Part shown: in pieces, positions 63,601-64,000 of the stretch | How the letters are laid out: each line of letters begins with the position of its first letter | Numbering within the stretch: position 1 is the stretch's first letter | Assembly (NCBI GenBank): GCA_023213395.1 | Contig: CM041465.1 | Location: 166,601,741-166,665,740 of the forward strand | Direction: 5' to 3' | Source: Cycas panzhihuaensis | Taxonomy: Eukaryota > Plantae > Cycadophyta | Length of the DNA: 64,000 nucleotides | The notes under the pieces: generated by a model | What the model saw: only the letters and a program-made list of their open reading frames with translations | The model's database searches: none | Told to the model about the DNA's origin: nothing | Made by a program: the position numbers and the translations under genes

Positions 63601-64000
63601 AAATGCTTCTAACTTATGCTAGATGAAGTAAATCCAGACTTTATGAGAGAAGTCGTCAATGAAGGAGATGTAGTACAAAGCTCCTCCAAAGGATGCGGTG
63701 GACATAGGTCCACACAAATCTGAGTGTACCAGCTGCAAAGGATGTGATGCACGCCAAGCTTTGCCTTTAGGGAAAGGCAAGCGATGTTGTGTCCCCATTA
63801 TGCACGCTTCACAAAGACATTTTGTGCCATATATCTTTGGAAGCCCATGTACTATATTTTTGTTCACCATCTGCTTAAGATTGTCTAAGCTCAAATGGCC
63901 TAGACGTTGATGCCAAAGTTGCATCTTGGACAAAGTTTAGGTGACAATGGAACCAGAGTAAGCAGAATCAAGTATTATGTTATTAGCATCCAATTTGTAG
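60647..64000 (-). mobile_element. Ty1/Copia family A relative, 3' portion (continues beyond window)
   Basis: 3' LTR 60647-61194 homologous to the 29700 LTR; PPT at 61195-61201; RH, RT ([11 protein letters not shown]) and integrase (LVHSDLCGPM) with stops. Confidence 0.95.

Overview
AT-rich plant nuclear DNA. The TE repertoire and intron size suggest a large-genome lineage such as a fern or gymnosperm (inference). A probable host gene on + starts in a GC-richer island at ~2.1-3.3 kb (TATA at 2643, donor at 2773/2774). Its next clear exon is at 47295-47375 (VQFWIQPRLDF-MGTVSAEALVDQVLEK), implying an intron of ~44 kb and a second intron of >16 kb. The introns are packed with nested retroelements. 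These include a young full-length Ty1/Copia (29700-36814, TTAAA TSD, LTRs ~98.5% identical) and two relatives (8817-10185 scrambled; 60647->64000), plus a second Copia family (10190-15343). There is also an Athila-like Ty3/Gypsy with a tRNA-Glu PBS, four Gag zinc knuckles and a 3' extra ORF (20974-28385), and several decayed chromoviruses. A non-autonomous Copia (48535-58949, ATCTA TSD) has its 3' LTR split by a full-length L1 LINE (52256-58659) that lacks RT and has a triplicated ORF1 segment. No intact TE ORF, RNA gene or CRISPR array is supported. The most unusual signals are cis-acting structures inside the TEs: a TCP-site array, a hairpin-packed U3 and a structured gag leader.
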